A stretch of 63,824 nucleotides of DNA, the filler included, from Reticulomyxa filosa (taxonomy: Eukaryota > Protista > Foraminifera): NCBI GenBank assembly GCA_000512085.1. It is 12 parts of 12 records of this genome, joined end to end, with 100 filler letters (N's around TTAATTAATTAA, not from the genome) between each part and the next. Parts side by side here need not be neighbours in the genome. Positions count along the whole stretch, not along the records: positions 12,981 to 38,498 come from ASPP01006021.1; positions 38,599 to 51,512 come from ASPP01014030.1; 10 more parts are not named here. One strand, 5' to 3'. Positions 26,463-39,025 of the stretch are shown here, piece by piece. The position numbers were made by a program, and so were the translations under genes. Each line of letters begins with the position of its first letter. Within the stretch, counting starts at the first letter, position 1. The notes beneath the pieces are model-generated. The model did no database searches, had not been told where the DNA came from, and saw only the letters and a list, made by a program, of their open reading frames with translations.

Positions 26463-27521
26463 ATAGAAGAAGAAGTGGAGCTAGTTCTTCAAAGTTGGAT
26501 TCGAAGTTTAGATGTTAAATTAATATGGATCGGTGATCTTGATAAAATTATTGCAAAATACGTTTCGTGATTTGTATTGTATTTTTTAAATTTGAATAAG
26601 TTGTTCATTTTAATATTGGTTACAATATAGGCCAAACATTTTAGATTGCTCAAAATTTTAGAAGGACACGACGATAAAGTAAAAAGTGTAAGGTTTTCAA
26701 AAGATGGTCTCAGGATTATTTCATCATCATTTGATAAAACAATCCGAATATGGGATATTGCATCAGGAGAACAAATCAAAACTTTTAAAGGCCATTCATA
26801 TTGGATCTACGTCGCGGAATTCTCTCCAAATGAGCATACTGTTGTCTCATGTTCATGGGATAATACAATTCGATTTTGGGATGTAAAATCAGGAGATGAA
26901 TTGATGCGATTTGGAGGGCATTTAAATGCAATATCAGATGTAAATTATTCTCCAGATGGTCAAAAGATTGCGTCGAGTTCATCTGATGGAGCAATACGAA
27001 TATGGGATGTAGGATCAGGACAAATGACTAAAAAACTAATCGGACATTCTGGAGGTGTATTAAATGGACAATTTTCACCAGATGGTCAAATGCTTGTATC
27101 ATCTTCATATGATAATACAGTCACCTTATGGGATGTGGCATCAGGAATAAGACTGAAACAATTATTAGGACATGTAGGCTTTGGAACGCGCGCGAGATTT
27201 TCTCCAGACGGTCGATTTATTGTGTCATGTTCAAATGATAAAACTATTCGCATATGGGATGTGAAATCAGGAAAAGAATTAAAAAAGATAGAAGGGCATT
27301 CAGATACGATAAGAGAAGTAAGATATTTTCCAGATGGACAAACTATTGTTTCTTGTTCATCTGATCATACAATTCGTTTGTGGGATGCAAAGTTAGGAAA
27401 TGAAATGCAAAGATTGGAAGGACATTTCGATCAGGTGACAGGAATTGACGTGTCACCAGATAGTAGTACAATTATCTCATGTTCTTATGACAAAACGATT
27501 CGAATTTGGAGATGTCAATGA
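26463..27521 (+). CDS. WD40 beta-propeller protein (7 repeats) with N-terminal family module
   Basis: GH...FSPDG..IVSxSxDxTIRIWD repeats; upstream exon [32 protein letters not shown]; start not resolved. Confidence 0.93.
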
Positions 27522-28662
27522 CACAACAATGTTTCTTAATTGTTTTTTATGCCATCGAAATCAGAAAAAAATTAAATTTTTGTTGTTCAGTTGAATTTAA
27601 ATACTACAAATACAAAGCAAAGATTTGCATCAAGCTTTATTAATGAAATAATAACCAAACTGGATCTTTTTATCATTATACAAAGATATACAAAAGTTGC
27701 GATAAGTTCCAAAACCAAAATACATACTTTGAAATATAATATGTTTTCACTCTAAAAAATCGCTATTTTTCACCTTTTTCAATTCTGCAAATATTCAAGT
27801 GTCAAAATAATTCTATTTTTTTCTACAGTTTTGTCAATTATAAATATTTTATTCTTTTCACAACTTTATTATTTTTACTTTGTGTTTTAGAAATTTTTTG
27901 GTATTTAATTAATTTGATTTCTTTTTTTAAATGTCTATTTTTTTATTTTTTGCAATTTTTTTTGTTCATTTGTTATTGGAATGTTTCAGTTATTATTATA
28001 GCTTTGATTAGTTTTTTTTTATTTGTCAACAGCTTTGACTCGTGAATTAAAGTTTTTTTAGTGCTATTCTTTCTTTGTCTGTTTTTGCTTACTGATTATT
28101 ACTTCAGGCTTTGCTGTTTTTCAAATAGCCCAAAAAATTTAAATTTTGTTATACAAGCTCAATGAAAACATTTGTCATGAGATAATCTTGTCGTAGTTCA
28201 AAAATAATTCTAAAGAAATACAAATGGAAAAACTGCAAAAAGTATAAATAAACAACCGACAAAAAATTGTGGAAAAAATTAAGTGCAGTGTTTTCTTAAC
28301 CTTTACAACAAACTTTATGCTTGTTAAAGGACTTGTACAAACATTATCTTGATACACTTTGTTTGACGTAGTTTTTTTTTTGTCACAACCTTTGAACTTT
28401 GCAAGGACAACTTTTTCATTCAAAAAAATAGTGCCTAGAATTTACTTACCCATTTGAAAAATTGGAGTTTGATTTTTTTTTTATGTTCTTTATAATGTAC
28501 TTTTCTTTGTACAATTGCAACAAAACTCAGTGAACAAACAAAGAAACGAGAACAAGGCATTAAGCATTGCAGAAACAAAGACTTATAAGGTAAATTTCTC
28601 TATTTTTGTCCTGGTTCACAAAGCATAAAACTGCAATAACATCTTTGAAAAACATTGTACAG

Positions 28663-29714
28663 AACAAAGAAAGAGTTGATTTTATTTTAGAAAATTGGAA
28701 TCGATCTTTGTCCATTAGAAGGGGATGGATCGCTGATTTCAATAAAATAATCCTTCAATACGTTTAGCCTGTTTATACTGTACGACATTGTTTTTTTTTC
28801 CTACTTTCAAAACCATTTAAAAAAAGGTCAAATATTATCAAGAACTAGCAGTGTTACGTGAACATTCAAGTGGTGTTAGAAGTGCAAGATTTTCTCCAGA
28901 TGTCACCAAAATTGCATCCTCTTCTATTGATAAAACAATCCGAATATGGGATGTAAAATCAAAAAAGAGAATACACTTATTAGAGGGTCATTCAGATTTG
29001 ATTAATGACGCACAATTTTCACCAGATGGCAATACTATTTTATCCTGTTCGTGGGATAGCACAATTCGATTGTGGGATGCAAATTCAGGAGAAGAAAAAA
29101 CAGCAATAAAGCGTGATTCAAGTTGTGTAACGTGTGCCCAATTTTCACCAGATGGACAAACAATTGTGTCAAGCTCATTGAGTAACATTGTACGAATATT
29201 GGATGTGAATTCAGGGCAATTGATTAAAACAATGGATGGGCTTTTTTGCGAGGTATTTAATGTACAATTTTCACCAAATGGACAACAAATTGTTATATCT
29301 TCTTATGACAAAACGATTGGGATATGGGATGTAAGATCATGTAAACAGGTACAGGAATTACTAGGACATTCATTGGAAGTAATGAAAGCACGCTTCTCTC
29401 CAGATGGTCAAATTATTGTGTCATGTTCGAAAGATAAAACAATTCGATTGTGGGATGTGAGAACAGGTCGAGAATTAAAAAAATTGTTAAGACATTCGAA
29501 TTGGACGACAGATGTAAAATTCTCATTCGATGGAAAAACAATTCTTTCATGCTCAAAAGATGAAACAATTCGATTATGGGATGTGAAATCAGGCAATGAA
29601 ACACAAGAATTAAAGGGACATACCAATTCAGTAACAGGAGTAGATATTTCACGAGACGGAAATATGATTGTGTCATCTTCTTATGATACAACAATCCGGT
29701 TGTGGGAACTATGA
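28663..29714 (+). CDS. WD40 beta-propeller protein (7 repeats), tandem paralogue
   Basis: Same repeat type; upstream exon NKERVDFILENWNRSLSIRRGWIADFNKIILQY at 28663-28761; start not resolved. Confidence 0.93.
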
Positions 29715-30214
29715 TAACTTGGCCAAAAAGTGTCAGTATTTTTTGCAACGGAAAGAAGTCTTTTCTAAAAAAGCTTAATGTATTAATTTTCTACATATTA
29801 AAAATACTCGACAAGCACAAGCAAATAAGCTTTGCAATAAGTTCGGAAAGAAATTTTGTTGTACAATTTGGCTTAGGAGAAATCAAACTAAACTTTTCTT
29901 CTTTGTTAGCACTAGCATAAAATCTGTTTTAACAATTATTTGCAAATGGGTCGTAATGTTTACTTAGTTTTATCCATATGTAAAACTAAAGGTAGTGCTA
30001 TTTGATCACAACTTTTTTTTCGAATAAATGGCGTGTGATACATGTTTGGAATTTTTGTTAACTATTTTTCTATCAAAAAAAAAGAGTAACAAAAGCAATT
30101 TTTGAAAGATATCGTAGTTAGTTGCTCTAGACTGTCCAAGTTTGCAAAAAAAAAAAAAAGAAATCAAAAAAATCTATCAAATACAACGCTAAAAAAGATG
30201 ACAATTTGGTGTTA

Positions 30215-31693
30215 CTAAATGGAATCAGTATGTAACTCTTTCACCAAATTGAGATGCCAAAGCTGAAAATTCCATAAATATTCACTGTCTAACATTGGAT
30301 GTTTTTGTCTTGGTTGTGCTTGTAAAAGAGAGGAATTCGATGTTTCACGAAGATTGTCTATTGCTAACAGTTCCTTGTCGGACTTGTTCTCTGAGATATG
30401 GTTATTACCAATAATCTCGAAATCGTCATCCGCTGAATCTTTATTCTCCGGTATTATGTTTGATGTAAGTTGATTATTTTCATTACTATCAGAAGAAACA
30501 GTTTGAAGTGAGCCATCCATTTGAGCTATTAGTTGAGTTGTATCAACCTTATTTTTTTCTTCTTTTATTTCTTTATCGCTTTCGCTTTCATTTTCATTCT
30601 CGCCTTTGTCGTCGTCGTGAATCAGAGCCATGATTTGAAGTGGCGACGGCATGTATTTATGCAAGCCAAATTGCATACCTAACATTTGGATCGCATACTC
30701 TTTGGGAATAATCATGTGCGAATAAAAAGACATTGTCCACACGTAGTCCGGCTCATACCAATATTTGCAAAGTTCATTATTATTCGACATTATCGCTTTG
30801 CGTTGACTCACGGACATATTGACGAATCTTTCATCTTTTTTTTTTTTAAATGCATCATTCATTAATTATGCAATGGAGTTGTAATTTGTAACATATTTTA
30901 TTACAAAAAAAAAAATTCGCTAACATAATAGGATACTCGAAAGTACCTAATGCAGATAAATCTTCCCACGGTTCGTTTGGCAACGCAATTTCGTCTCCAG
31001 GCTTGCAAATGTTAATTATTTGCGCAGCATTGGCTAATGACGACACAAAATGCGGTACTGTGCCATGCACTTCTGCACGCAGGCCTGGCGACAGTGTACG
31101 CACCAAGTGCAAACCCGCTGATGCCAAGTATATCCCAGGGAACTGTCTCAATGGCGAATCGAACACTTGGCCTGTCAGTACCTTGTCAAAACGGATACGT
31201 CGTAAGAATTGGCCCTATTCTTGTAGAGTGTATGTACGCTTTTTTTTGCACTTGGAAAACTAGTGAGATCGACCTTGCGAGAAAGAAAGGGGAAAGAAGG
31301 GATACTCGAGAAAGGGGAGGAAAAGAAGAAAAAAAAAAAAGGGTTCCCTCTCTTTCCAGACACCTGGACAGTGAAATCCATCTGACGTTTTCTGTCACGA
31401 AAATACCAGTCTTCTGTGTTTTCCGCACCGTTGACTCTCACGATCGCCTTTCCACGGAAAGACTTGCTCTCGAAGTCAAACACTTTGTTTAGTGGGATGG
31501 CCACTGTCTCATCATGGGGCGTGCGGATGTAGCTCTGGTGAGACACGTGAGTGCACAGCAACAAAGGACCGTCTGTCCAGTGCTGAGGTTTTAATGGTAA
31601 ATACGAATGCTTCGCGTCAGTAGGTATTGAATTCTTCGGTTCTTGGTCTTTTACTTCCACTTTGCCCACGGAAACTTTTGCTTCTTGTGCCAT
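30215..31693 (-). CDS. DUF1769 domain protein (multi-exon)
   Basis: FDFESKSFRGKAIVR..YFRDRKRQMDFTVQ, FDSPL, YEPDYVWTMSFYSH, PLQIMA, YLWNFQLWH. Confidence 0.75.
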
Positions 31694-32215
31694 TGCATAA
31701 TAATAACGATTAGAAAATTAAAAATTTCGAGCCAAAAAATCTTTTTTTTTAATTTTTTGCTTTTAGCGTAAAAGAACTAGACAACTGAAAAAATATTATT
31801 AGAAACAAATAACCTTATATAATGTTGCCAAAAATAGGCTCGGCGCTTTTTTTAATTTTTAATTTATCCAAGCAGTTATCAAAGCAAGGTATGCTAATTG
31901 TAATTACTCCGCTCTTGCAAAGTAAAGTTTATCAATTTAAAATCTAATGTAAATATTGACATTTTTAAATACATTTTTTTATTTGTATTGTCATTGTCTT
32001 TTTATTCTTTTCATTGGTTTGATAATCGATTTGCATTGAAAGACGGGCTGGTGCGATTTGAAGATTGACAGAAATGGCATATCTGTAGGCACAGTAAGTT
32101 TGAAACTGCACACAAGTACATTGACAAAGGAGAAAAGTTGTTTTACAAAAGAGCTACTTGTCAACCTTGACAAAGACTGAAATGGCCAAACAATGTGTTC
32201 ATTGAAACAAGATGC

Positions 32216-32881
32216 TTAAGCTCCGCGGAACTTCCGCCGTGCAATTTCGTTAGTAATATTATACATATCCGAGCCAAACAGTACAAAAGAAATATGTGTA
32301 AGAAATCTCTTTTTGTGCTGTGCACATGTGTCCAGTGCAATTTCCATGGCCGCCTCTTTGGGATATCCGTAGACCCCACAAGAGATGGCCGGAAATGCAA
32401 TGGTTTTGATTTTGCCGTTTTGTTCTTCTGCCAAATTCAATGAATTTTTGTAACAACTTGTCAATAGAAGATGTGGACTTTGGACATTACCAAAAATAGG
32501 CCCAACCGTATGTATAATATAAGACGCCTTAAGGTTAAAACCAGGAGTTATTTTGGCTTCCCCTGTCCGACATCTAACTCCTGAACTTGAAGCGGCTACG
32601 TGCTGTAAACAAAATTCTCGCAGTTGTGGCCCTGCTGCACGATGGATTGCCCCATCTACACCACCTCCACCTAGCATCACTTCATTTGCCGCGTTTACTA
32701 TGCAATCACCTTCAAACTTTGTTAAGTCTCCTTGCTTCACTATCAAGTTGACACCGTTCGGCATGACGTACGATTGTTCAAGGTTAGAACAATGTCTCTT
32801 TCCGTTTAGTGAAATATTATCACTCAAACGGCTGAAGAAACAACTGTCTTGCCAAAATTTCATTCCTAATCGTGCGATCAT
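32216..32881 (-). CDS. Macrodomain protein (MacroD/YmdB-like ADP-ribose / O-acetyl-ADP-ribose hydrolase)
   Basis: GDLT, IVNAAN..LGGGGVDGAIHRAAGP, IIHTVGP, AFPAISCGVYGYP; intronless. Confidence 0.93.
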   Translation of the reverse strand: MIARLGMKFWQDSCFFSRLSDNISLNGKRHCSNLEQSYVMPNGVNLIVKQGDLTKFEGDCIVNAANEVMLGGGGVDGAIHRAAGPQLREFCLQHVAASSSGVRCRTGEAKITPGFNLKASYIIHTVGPIFGNVQSPHLLLTSCYKNSLNLAEEQNGKIKTIAFPAISCGVYGYPKEAAMEIALDTCAQHKKRFLTHISFVLFGSDMYNITNEIARRKFRGA

Positions 32882-32959
32882 TAACAAATATTTTTTTTTT
32901 TGTGATGTTTATTGTGTTCCCCTTATTCATTTATTGGGTATTCGATCTAGTGAACAATT

Positions 32960-33256
32960 CAGATGTCCATGGACATTCACATATTGTATAAGCTGTTGAA
33001 TATTCACCAATTGTAGTAAATAACAAAGAAATTAGTGATATTTCCAATGTAATATGTTCTGCATCTGGTGATGGTACAATTTGTCTTTGGGACATTTGGT
33101 CAAAAGATGGGTTGTACGTAATCGATTAGATAGTTATCATGATATAGAAGTAATGTGTCTTAAATTCTTAAAATTAAAAACGAACAAAAATAATATTGCT
33201 GGATTTGGTATTAATCTATGTTATGGGACACTCAATTGCATAAATATTTGAGGATA
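32960..33256 (+). pseudogene. WD40-family C-terminal relic
   Basis: VEYSPIV..NVICSASGDGTICLWDI and MCLKFLKLK..GINLCYG fragments with stops. Confidence 0.65.
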
Positions 33257-33819
33257 GTTTCATTTTCCAACAATAAAAAATATTTTGAGTGATTTGACTT
33301 GTTCTAAAGTGTTAATAACAATTATTATATTTTAAAAATATTACTTAACATATTTGATAATACATAATAGTATCGAAGATATACTTACACTAAACTTTCT
33401 CGCAACATATCGAATAATAGACCCACTAATCAACATACTAACAGACTACTTTCTTAAAAGAATACAAATGTTTCAAAATTTTAAACAACAATTAAAAATA
33501 TCAACGACAAAAAAACAATTTAACAAACACATAAAAAAAATTTTATATTTAAAAGCTGTGCAATATAATCACAAACGTGTAGTCAATGAAATTGAAAAGT
33601 GTTTTTAATCTTCACCATATTCAATTGATAATAATTTCTTTTACAAACAACATCATTCATAATTTTTTTCTTTTTAAATCTAATTTTTTGCTTTAATTAT
33701 CTATTGTCCATTTTCTAAATTTGGTACAAAGCAATGAAATGTTAGTATATTTTTAGTTCGTAAGTATCATGCTCAATAAATCGAAATGTATTTAAAGCAA
33801 ATATACTAATATTATTTTT

Positions 33820-34255
33820 AGAATAAGTGATAAACAGCAAATAATTGTTGCTTCCGCTAATCAATGCCGCACCCCACAATAGCTATATCTTTCCTTTCAA
33901 TGTAAATTGGCTGGTTGTTATTGTTTGTGAAAGGAACTCATTGATTATAATTGTTTGACTTGTTCATTTCATTGTCATTGTTCCAAACATTTGTATACTT
34001 CATCTAATGTATACTTATAACATCCACCAAAAGACAATAAAGTGATTTTATTGCTGTCTTTGTAGTATTGTTGTTATATACTAGTTTTACTACAGTGTCC
34101 CCATAATGCAACATCGCTTGGACGATAAGAATAACAATCTCTTGTCTATGACCTCCACAGATAACGATTTCATGTTTGTGCAGTACACGTTCAAATGTTT
34201 CAAGTAGAGTGCGCAAATCCTTCAAACTTCGAAAATGAATTGAAGTAATCATATG
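33820..34255 (-). pseudogene. Kelch-repeat family relic
   Basis: FRSLKDL...VLHKHEIVICGG, VVKLVYNNN, GAALISGSNNYLLFITY-like fragments with frameshifts. Confidence 0.65.
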
Positions 34256-34332
34256 TTGGCTTTGTTCAGGTTATCTTTCAGGAGATTTTTATGTTTTATT
34301 ATGATGTACATGTTGTAAATGTTGATGAGCTA

Positions 34333-34911
34333 TTAAGTAAGTGATGATGTTGCCCTATCAAATATCCATTGCATTTGCTCACCATTTACTTCTTTTTGAA
34401 TGTGCGGAATGATATATTCCTCTTTTATATCCCTTTGCTTCGCTTGCTTAGACTCCCAATAATTCATGTACTCTGACAATGTCATCTCTGTCCGTTTTTG
34501 ATCACTGTAACCTTTCTCACCACAATTTGCGACTGTCACTGTGGCATCACCAAATTTCGTTTTCACATAGTTCGTACTTAATAAAGACTCAGTTTTTGTT
34601 GAAGGATGGAGCCAATCTTTTGTTATGTTCCAATCATTGCTCATATTTCTTTTTTTTTTTTTTATATTATAAAAAGAATATTTCAAATTGTTTTTAAAGA
34701 GTATTTTTTTTAAAAGATGAGAAAAAAAAGTACAAAACTGAATGATACAAGGCTGATTGGGAATCAAATGATACCAAACAAAAACTTGATAAGTCATCTT
34801 TGATATGCCGTATACTGGAATTTTTTCTGCTCGGTATTCCTTCACCACACGCTTAGGAGGTGACCATTTTGTCCAAAATTGCTGATTGCTTGGAAGTTTT
34901 GATAGTGGCAT
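34333..34911 (-). pseudogene. JMJD4-like oxygenase N-terminal fragment (no JmjC core)
   Basis: YQVFVWYHLIPNQPCII, FGDATVTVANCG..YSDQKRTEMTLSEYMNYW; stops before the expected YLKDWH/JmjC region. Confidence 0.65.
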
Positions 34912-36529
34912 TCCTTGAGAGTATTTGTCATATCTCTATATCTTCAAAGGAAAAAAAAAGTATCCTTTTCAAAAAAACTTTTTTTTTAAGTTGCTTGTCA
35001 ATAAAACTTTTTTTGTATTTTTTACATTTGGATTATGTTTCAATTTGCCAAAAATATTTTTACAGTTCAACATAAAAATAATAAACTTCGATATCATGAC
35101 AAATTATCAATAATTTTTGTTTATTTCGCAATATTTTCATAGTCTGCATATTTTTCAATTGTAAACTCTTTTGACATTTCTTGATTTCAACATAGATTAT
35201 TCAACAAATACTATTAATTTCAATTTTCGTTATTGATCAAATTTTTACATTTTTAAAAAAAAAAAAAGATAAAATTAGAATATTGGGAGGCATTTGCTTT
35301 CAGGAAGGGCCCGTAGAATTAGCAACAGTAAGTTAGGGTAGCTGCCCTATTAAACAACTTATTAGATGCCGAGAATTGACCCATTTTTAAAGTTGTTAAA
35401 AAAAAATATCTATTGATATTTTAAAAAATTCTTTTCTAAATATAGAAAATTATTTTTTATATTAAATTTCTCATGAACTTAATATTTTTACAACTGACTT
35501 ATTAAAAAATAATTTTTTTTCTTTGATAAGGTGAACAAAAGTCACCGACAAATTATAACAAATAAATGTATCTTATAAATAAAATGTACTTTATATACAC
35601 TTATTTTATTAAGTTTTTTAAAAAATTCTATTTTCAAATTTTTTGAAAAAATTCAAAACATCAATTTCGAATAATTACGTTACACAATATTCGTGAAAAG
35701 TTTGTTTGCAGAAATGGATACGACATACTGGTTCATTGGTCGTAAAGTTATACTAACAAACTTTGCAACAAGTAACTTTGTTATCAAGTTCCAAATAAAT
35801 TATCACTTGCAAGGTTTCCCAATAACACAGTTTGATCATTTTACTATATTGACCAACGTTTGTTTCATCATTTTATTTTTTTATTTTTGCAATAATTGTC
35901 TTGTGAAATCTAAATTCCTTATCTTTCTCTGCAACGGCAAAAAGACTTATTGGTTCATTTACTTTTTTTGGACTAACAGGGATTTCAGTATCATCATTGT
36001 TTCATAAAATGGTGCTGTTGTAACAAACAAAACAATTGCATTAATATTGAACAAATTATTAACTTTTTCCTTCGTTATTGTTGATATTACAGAAAGTAAG
36101 AAGATAAATTACAAAAGGTCGTTTTTGACTAATTTGCGGAAGACTGCTTCTTTGTTCTGGAGTTGACAAGAGACGTTTACAATCTTCACTTCTTAGAAAT
36201 AGCCTGGATTCGTTACGAAGAAACAACACAATAAAGCGAATACAACAAAATACTTTGAATACCTGCCTTGTCCTTTGAAACACGGATTTTCTCTAGACAG
36301 TACCACAATTGCATCTTGTTCACTTGCACAACTATCGTGTAAACAGTGTAAAATATGAATTAAATAAATTTGGAATATTATTTAAATAAAAGAAACAATG
36401 ATCATTTTATTTTTGATTGAAAAGAAATAAAAAAAATGTTCTTTGTTTATTATTGTTCTCTTCAAAATGCAAGAGCCACTTTGTCTTGATACTCAAAAAG
36501 TTTAATGTTTTTCAATCTGATGCAAAAGG

Positions 36530-36754
36530 TTTAGAAACGAATTCTACTGTGGTTGAAGAAGAAGGTGAAATGATGAGTGTCACCAAATTGAAAAATAGGC
36601 CACCTTTGGTAAGTTAGTTCTTATGTATATCCTTATAAACGCCGTGATTATCGAATTAAAAAAAATAAAACAGTATGAAAAAGAGATTTCAACAATTATT
36701 CAAAACTGGTTTCGAATTTTAAAAGTGAGATTTGACAAAATTGTTGCTAAATAT
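36530..36754 (+). pseudogene. Orphan N-terminal module of the WD40 family
   Basis: Exon 36674-36754 YEKEISTIIQNWFRILKVRFDKIVAKY (GWIxD part missing), flanked by AG and GT; no intact WD repeats follow. Confidence 0.6.
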
Positions 36755-37324
36755 GTTATGTTTTTTTTGCATTTTTATTGTTGAATTGAAGATATATTTC
36801 AAAATTAAAATAGAAAGTTTTTTAATTGTTATGATTTGAACATAGTTTTGATGTGATCAGACATGGTCTTCAAACGTTGAAGTAGTTTGGAGTCAAAATC
36901 AAAACAGACACAAATAATGACCGATTAGTTGTTTAGATTTTTGTAGAGAAAAATTTAAAACACAAATATCACGTTTATTTTTTTTACGTGGAATGCATAC
37001 AATCTTTGTTGCATGTCTAAAGGCAGTCATTACGTCCAAATAAACAAAAAAAACATGTCAAACCAAAGCAAAAAAAAAAAAACCATAACAATTCGGAGAG
37101 AATTAAAACAAAAACATTACCAAACAACTCTAAACAATTACATATAAACAAATAAAAACGTAAGGTACTATCAATCAAAAACAAAATGTATGTATATAGA
37201 CATATATCACCATTCAAAAATCAGCATAAACTTTACTGTTAATCAAAACAAATCAAGACAATCTTCATATACAAGATAAGAGCAAAAGAGGAAAGAAGGG
37301 AAAAAAAAGAAAAAAAGTAGAATC

Positions 37325-38410
37325 TTATAAGGATGTTTCCACAAACACAACGTAATGTTCATCTTCACAAGCAATATTTGAAGCGTCTGCATTTGTTGCA
37401 TCCATTTGTGTATTATTGTTGTGCACCGCCATTTCCATAGCGCTTTGCTGAATCAGCAAAGAGTACTGGGCCCTTGAGCCTTTGGATTTGAACAAAAGAT
37501 TAACATTTATTTATTGCGAATAAATTGAAAGAGAAAAGAAAAGGGGAGAAAAAAAAAAAACACATTGCAGACAGATTGTTGTTGAATAAGAGCAGCTTAC
37601 GTTGAAATGAAACGGTTGCAATTGGGAATCAACAGGTAGGCCAGCAGAAAACAGCAGTGTGTGAGGAGTAGTAGCAGTAGCAGTAGCAGTAGCAGTAATA
37701 GTAGGAGAGATGGGTGTGGCATCGGGTGCCGTGTCGCTGTGAATGCTGTCAATACGATTGGCAACGACTTCGGGTTCACAAGCCTTGGATGTATCCATTA
37801 AAACCAAAGATACCGCTTTTTCCATCTTTGTATTCTGTGTTTGTGTTTCCTCACTTTGGCCATCTTCCTTCCTGCTCTCAGTGTCGTCGCGATCACGAGG
37901 GCTAACCGATAACACCCTTCGCGACATTGTCGAAAGTGTATGTAGTCTAATACGTATACCAAAAAAAAAAAATAAAAAATAAAAATAGACAAAATGATAA
38001 TTGTGCTAAATATTATCAATTACTTATGCACTTATTAACAACGTTGTAGATATTTATATATGTGTATGTGTATATACTTTTGAAGCATCCAATGATCGGA
38101 TGAGTCAGCAGAGTTGGTCCGGAAGCAGCAAGCGAGGACAAGTCGGTTCCAGTATGGATCGGCAAAGTGGAACATGAACCACACGCAAAAGCAGTTGACG
38201 ATACACTCGATGGGTTCCAGCAACACCACATCCACGACCACAGCGCCAGCGCCAAAGATGACGATGGAAGACATGACCCCGATCAACACCAGAACGGTCT
38301 GTTTGTGCATCACGCGGCGCATTCTGTCGTGCGTGGACTTGTGAATGCGGTTCTGTTGTATCGACGACGGTGTTTGTCCGTCATCTTGCGCTTGCGTAAC
38401 TTTGAGGATC
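37325..38410 (-). CDS. Multi-pass membrane protein C-terminus (GPCR-like), 5'-truncated, multi-exon
   Basis: KQTVLVLIGVMSSIVIF..IECIVNCFCVWFMFHFADPYW..CC gives two TM helices followed by a cytoplasmic tail; stop at 37327-37325. Confidence 0.55.
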
Positions 38411-38457
38411 TTTTTTTTTTTTTCACAAGTGTTATAAGTAATATTTATGTAGCGTGC

Positions 38458-38493
<36 letters not shown>

Positions 38494-38498
38494 GGGGA

Positions 38499-38598
38499 NN
38501 NNNNNNNNNNNNNNNNNNNNNNNNNNNNNNNNNNNNNNNNNNTTAATTAATTAANNNNNNNNNNNNNNNNNNNNNNNNNNNNNNNNNNNNNNNNNNNN
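38499..38598. other. Artificial contig spacer
   Basis: N44-TTAATTAATTAA-N44. Confidence 0.98.
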
Positions 38599-38639
38599 AA
38601 TTTATTTGACAAAATATACTAAAAAAAAAAAAAGAAACC

Positions 38640-39025
38640 AGGTTTATTTGATAAGGAAAATATTTTGAAATGAAAAGGTTCAATATCAAAGATATACTCT
38701 TTTATTTTCACTTTAAGGTCTTCATCCACTTCTTCCGCTTCTTCCTTCGTCTTTGTCTCAGATTCGGCAAAGTACTGCTTACGTATACTTTGCATCAACT
38801 GAGTCCTTTTAGACATAACGTCACCAACATACAAAATTGTATGTCCGCCAAATGCACCTTCTTTGCTATGATCCAAACGACTCATTTGTGACTGATTTTG
38901 GGCCAGTTGTCGTCGATTTCGTCGTTTATCTTTGATTCTGAATTTTGATTACACGAGGTCGTTTGTGAATCCTCGTCTTTTGTTATATTACGCATTGAAC
39001 GCCACAAACCACGAACACTTGACAT
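38640..39025 (-). CDS. Hypothetical protein N-terminus, possibly a degenerate G-alpha/Arf-like fold (3'-truncated)
   Basis: ATG at 39025; frameshift near 38932; HTILYVGDVMSKRTQLMQSIRKQY ... IKEYIFDIEPFHFKIFSL. Confidence 0.4.
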
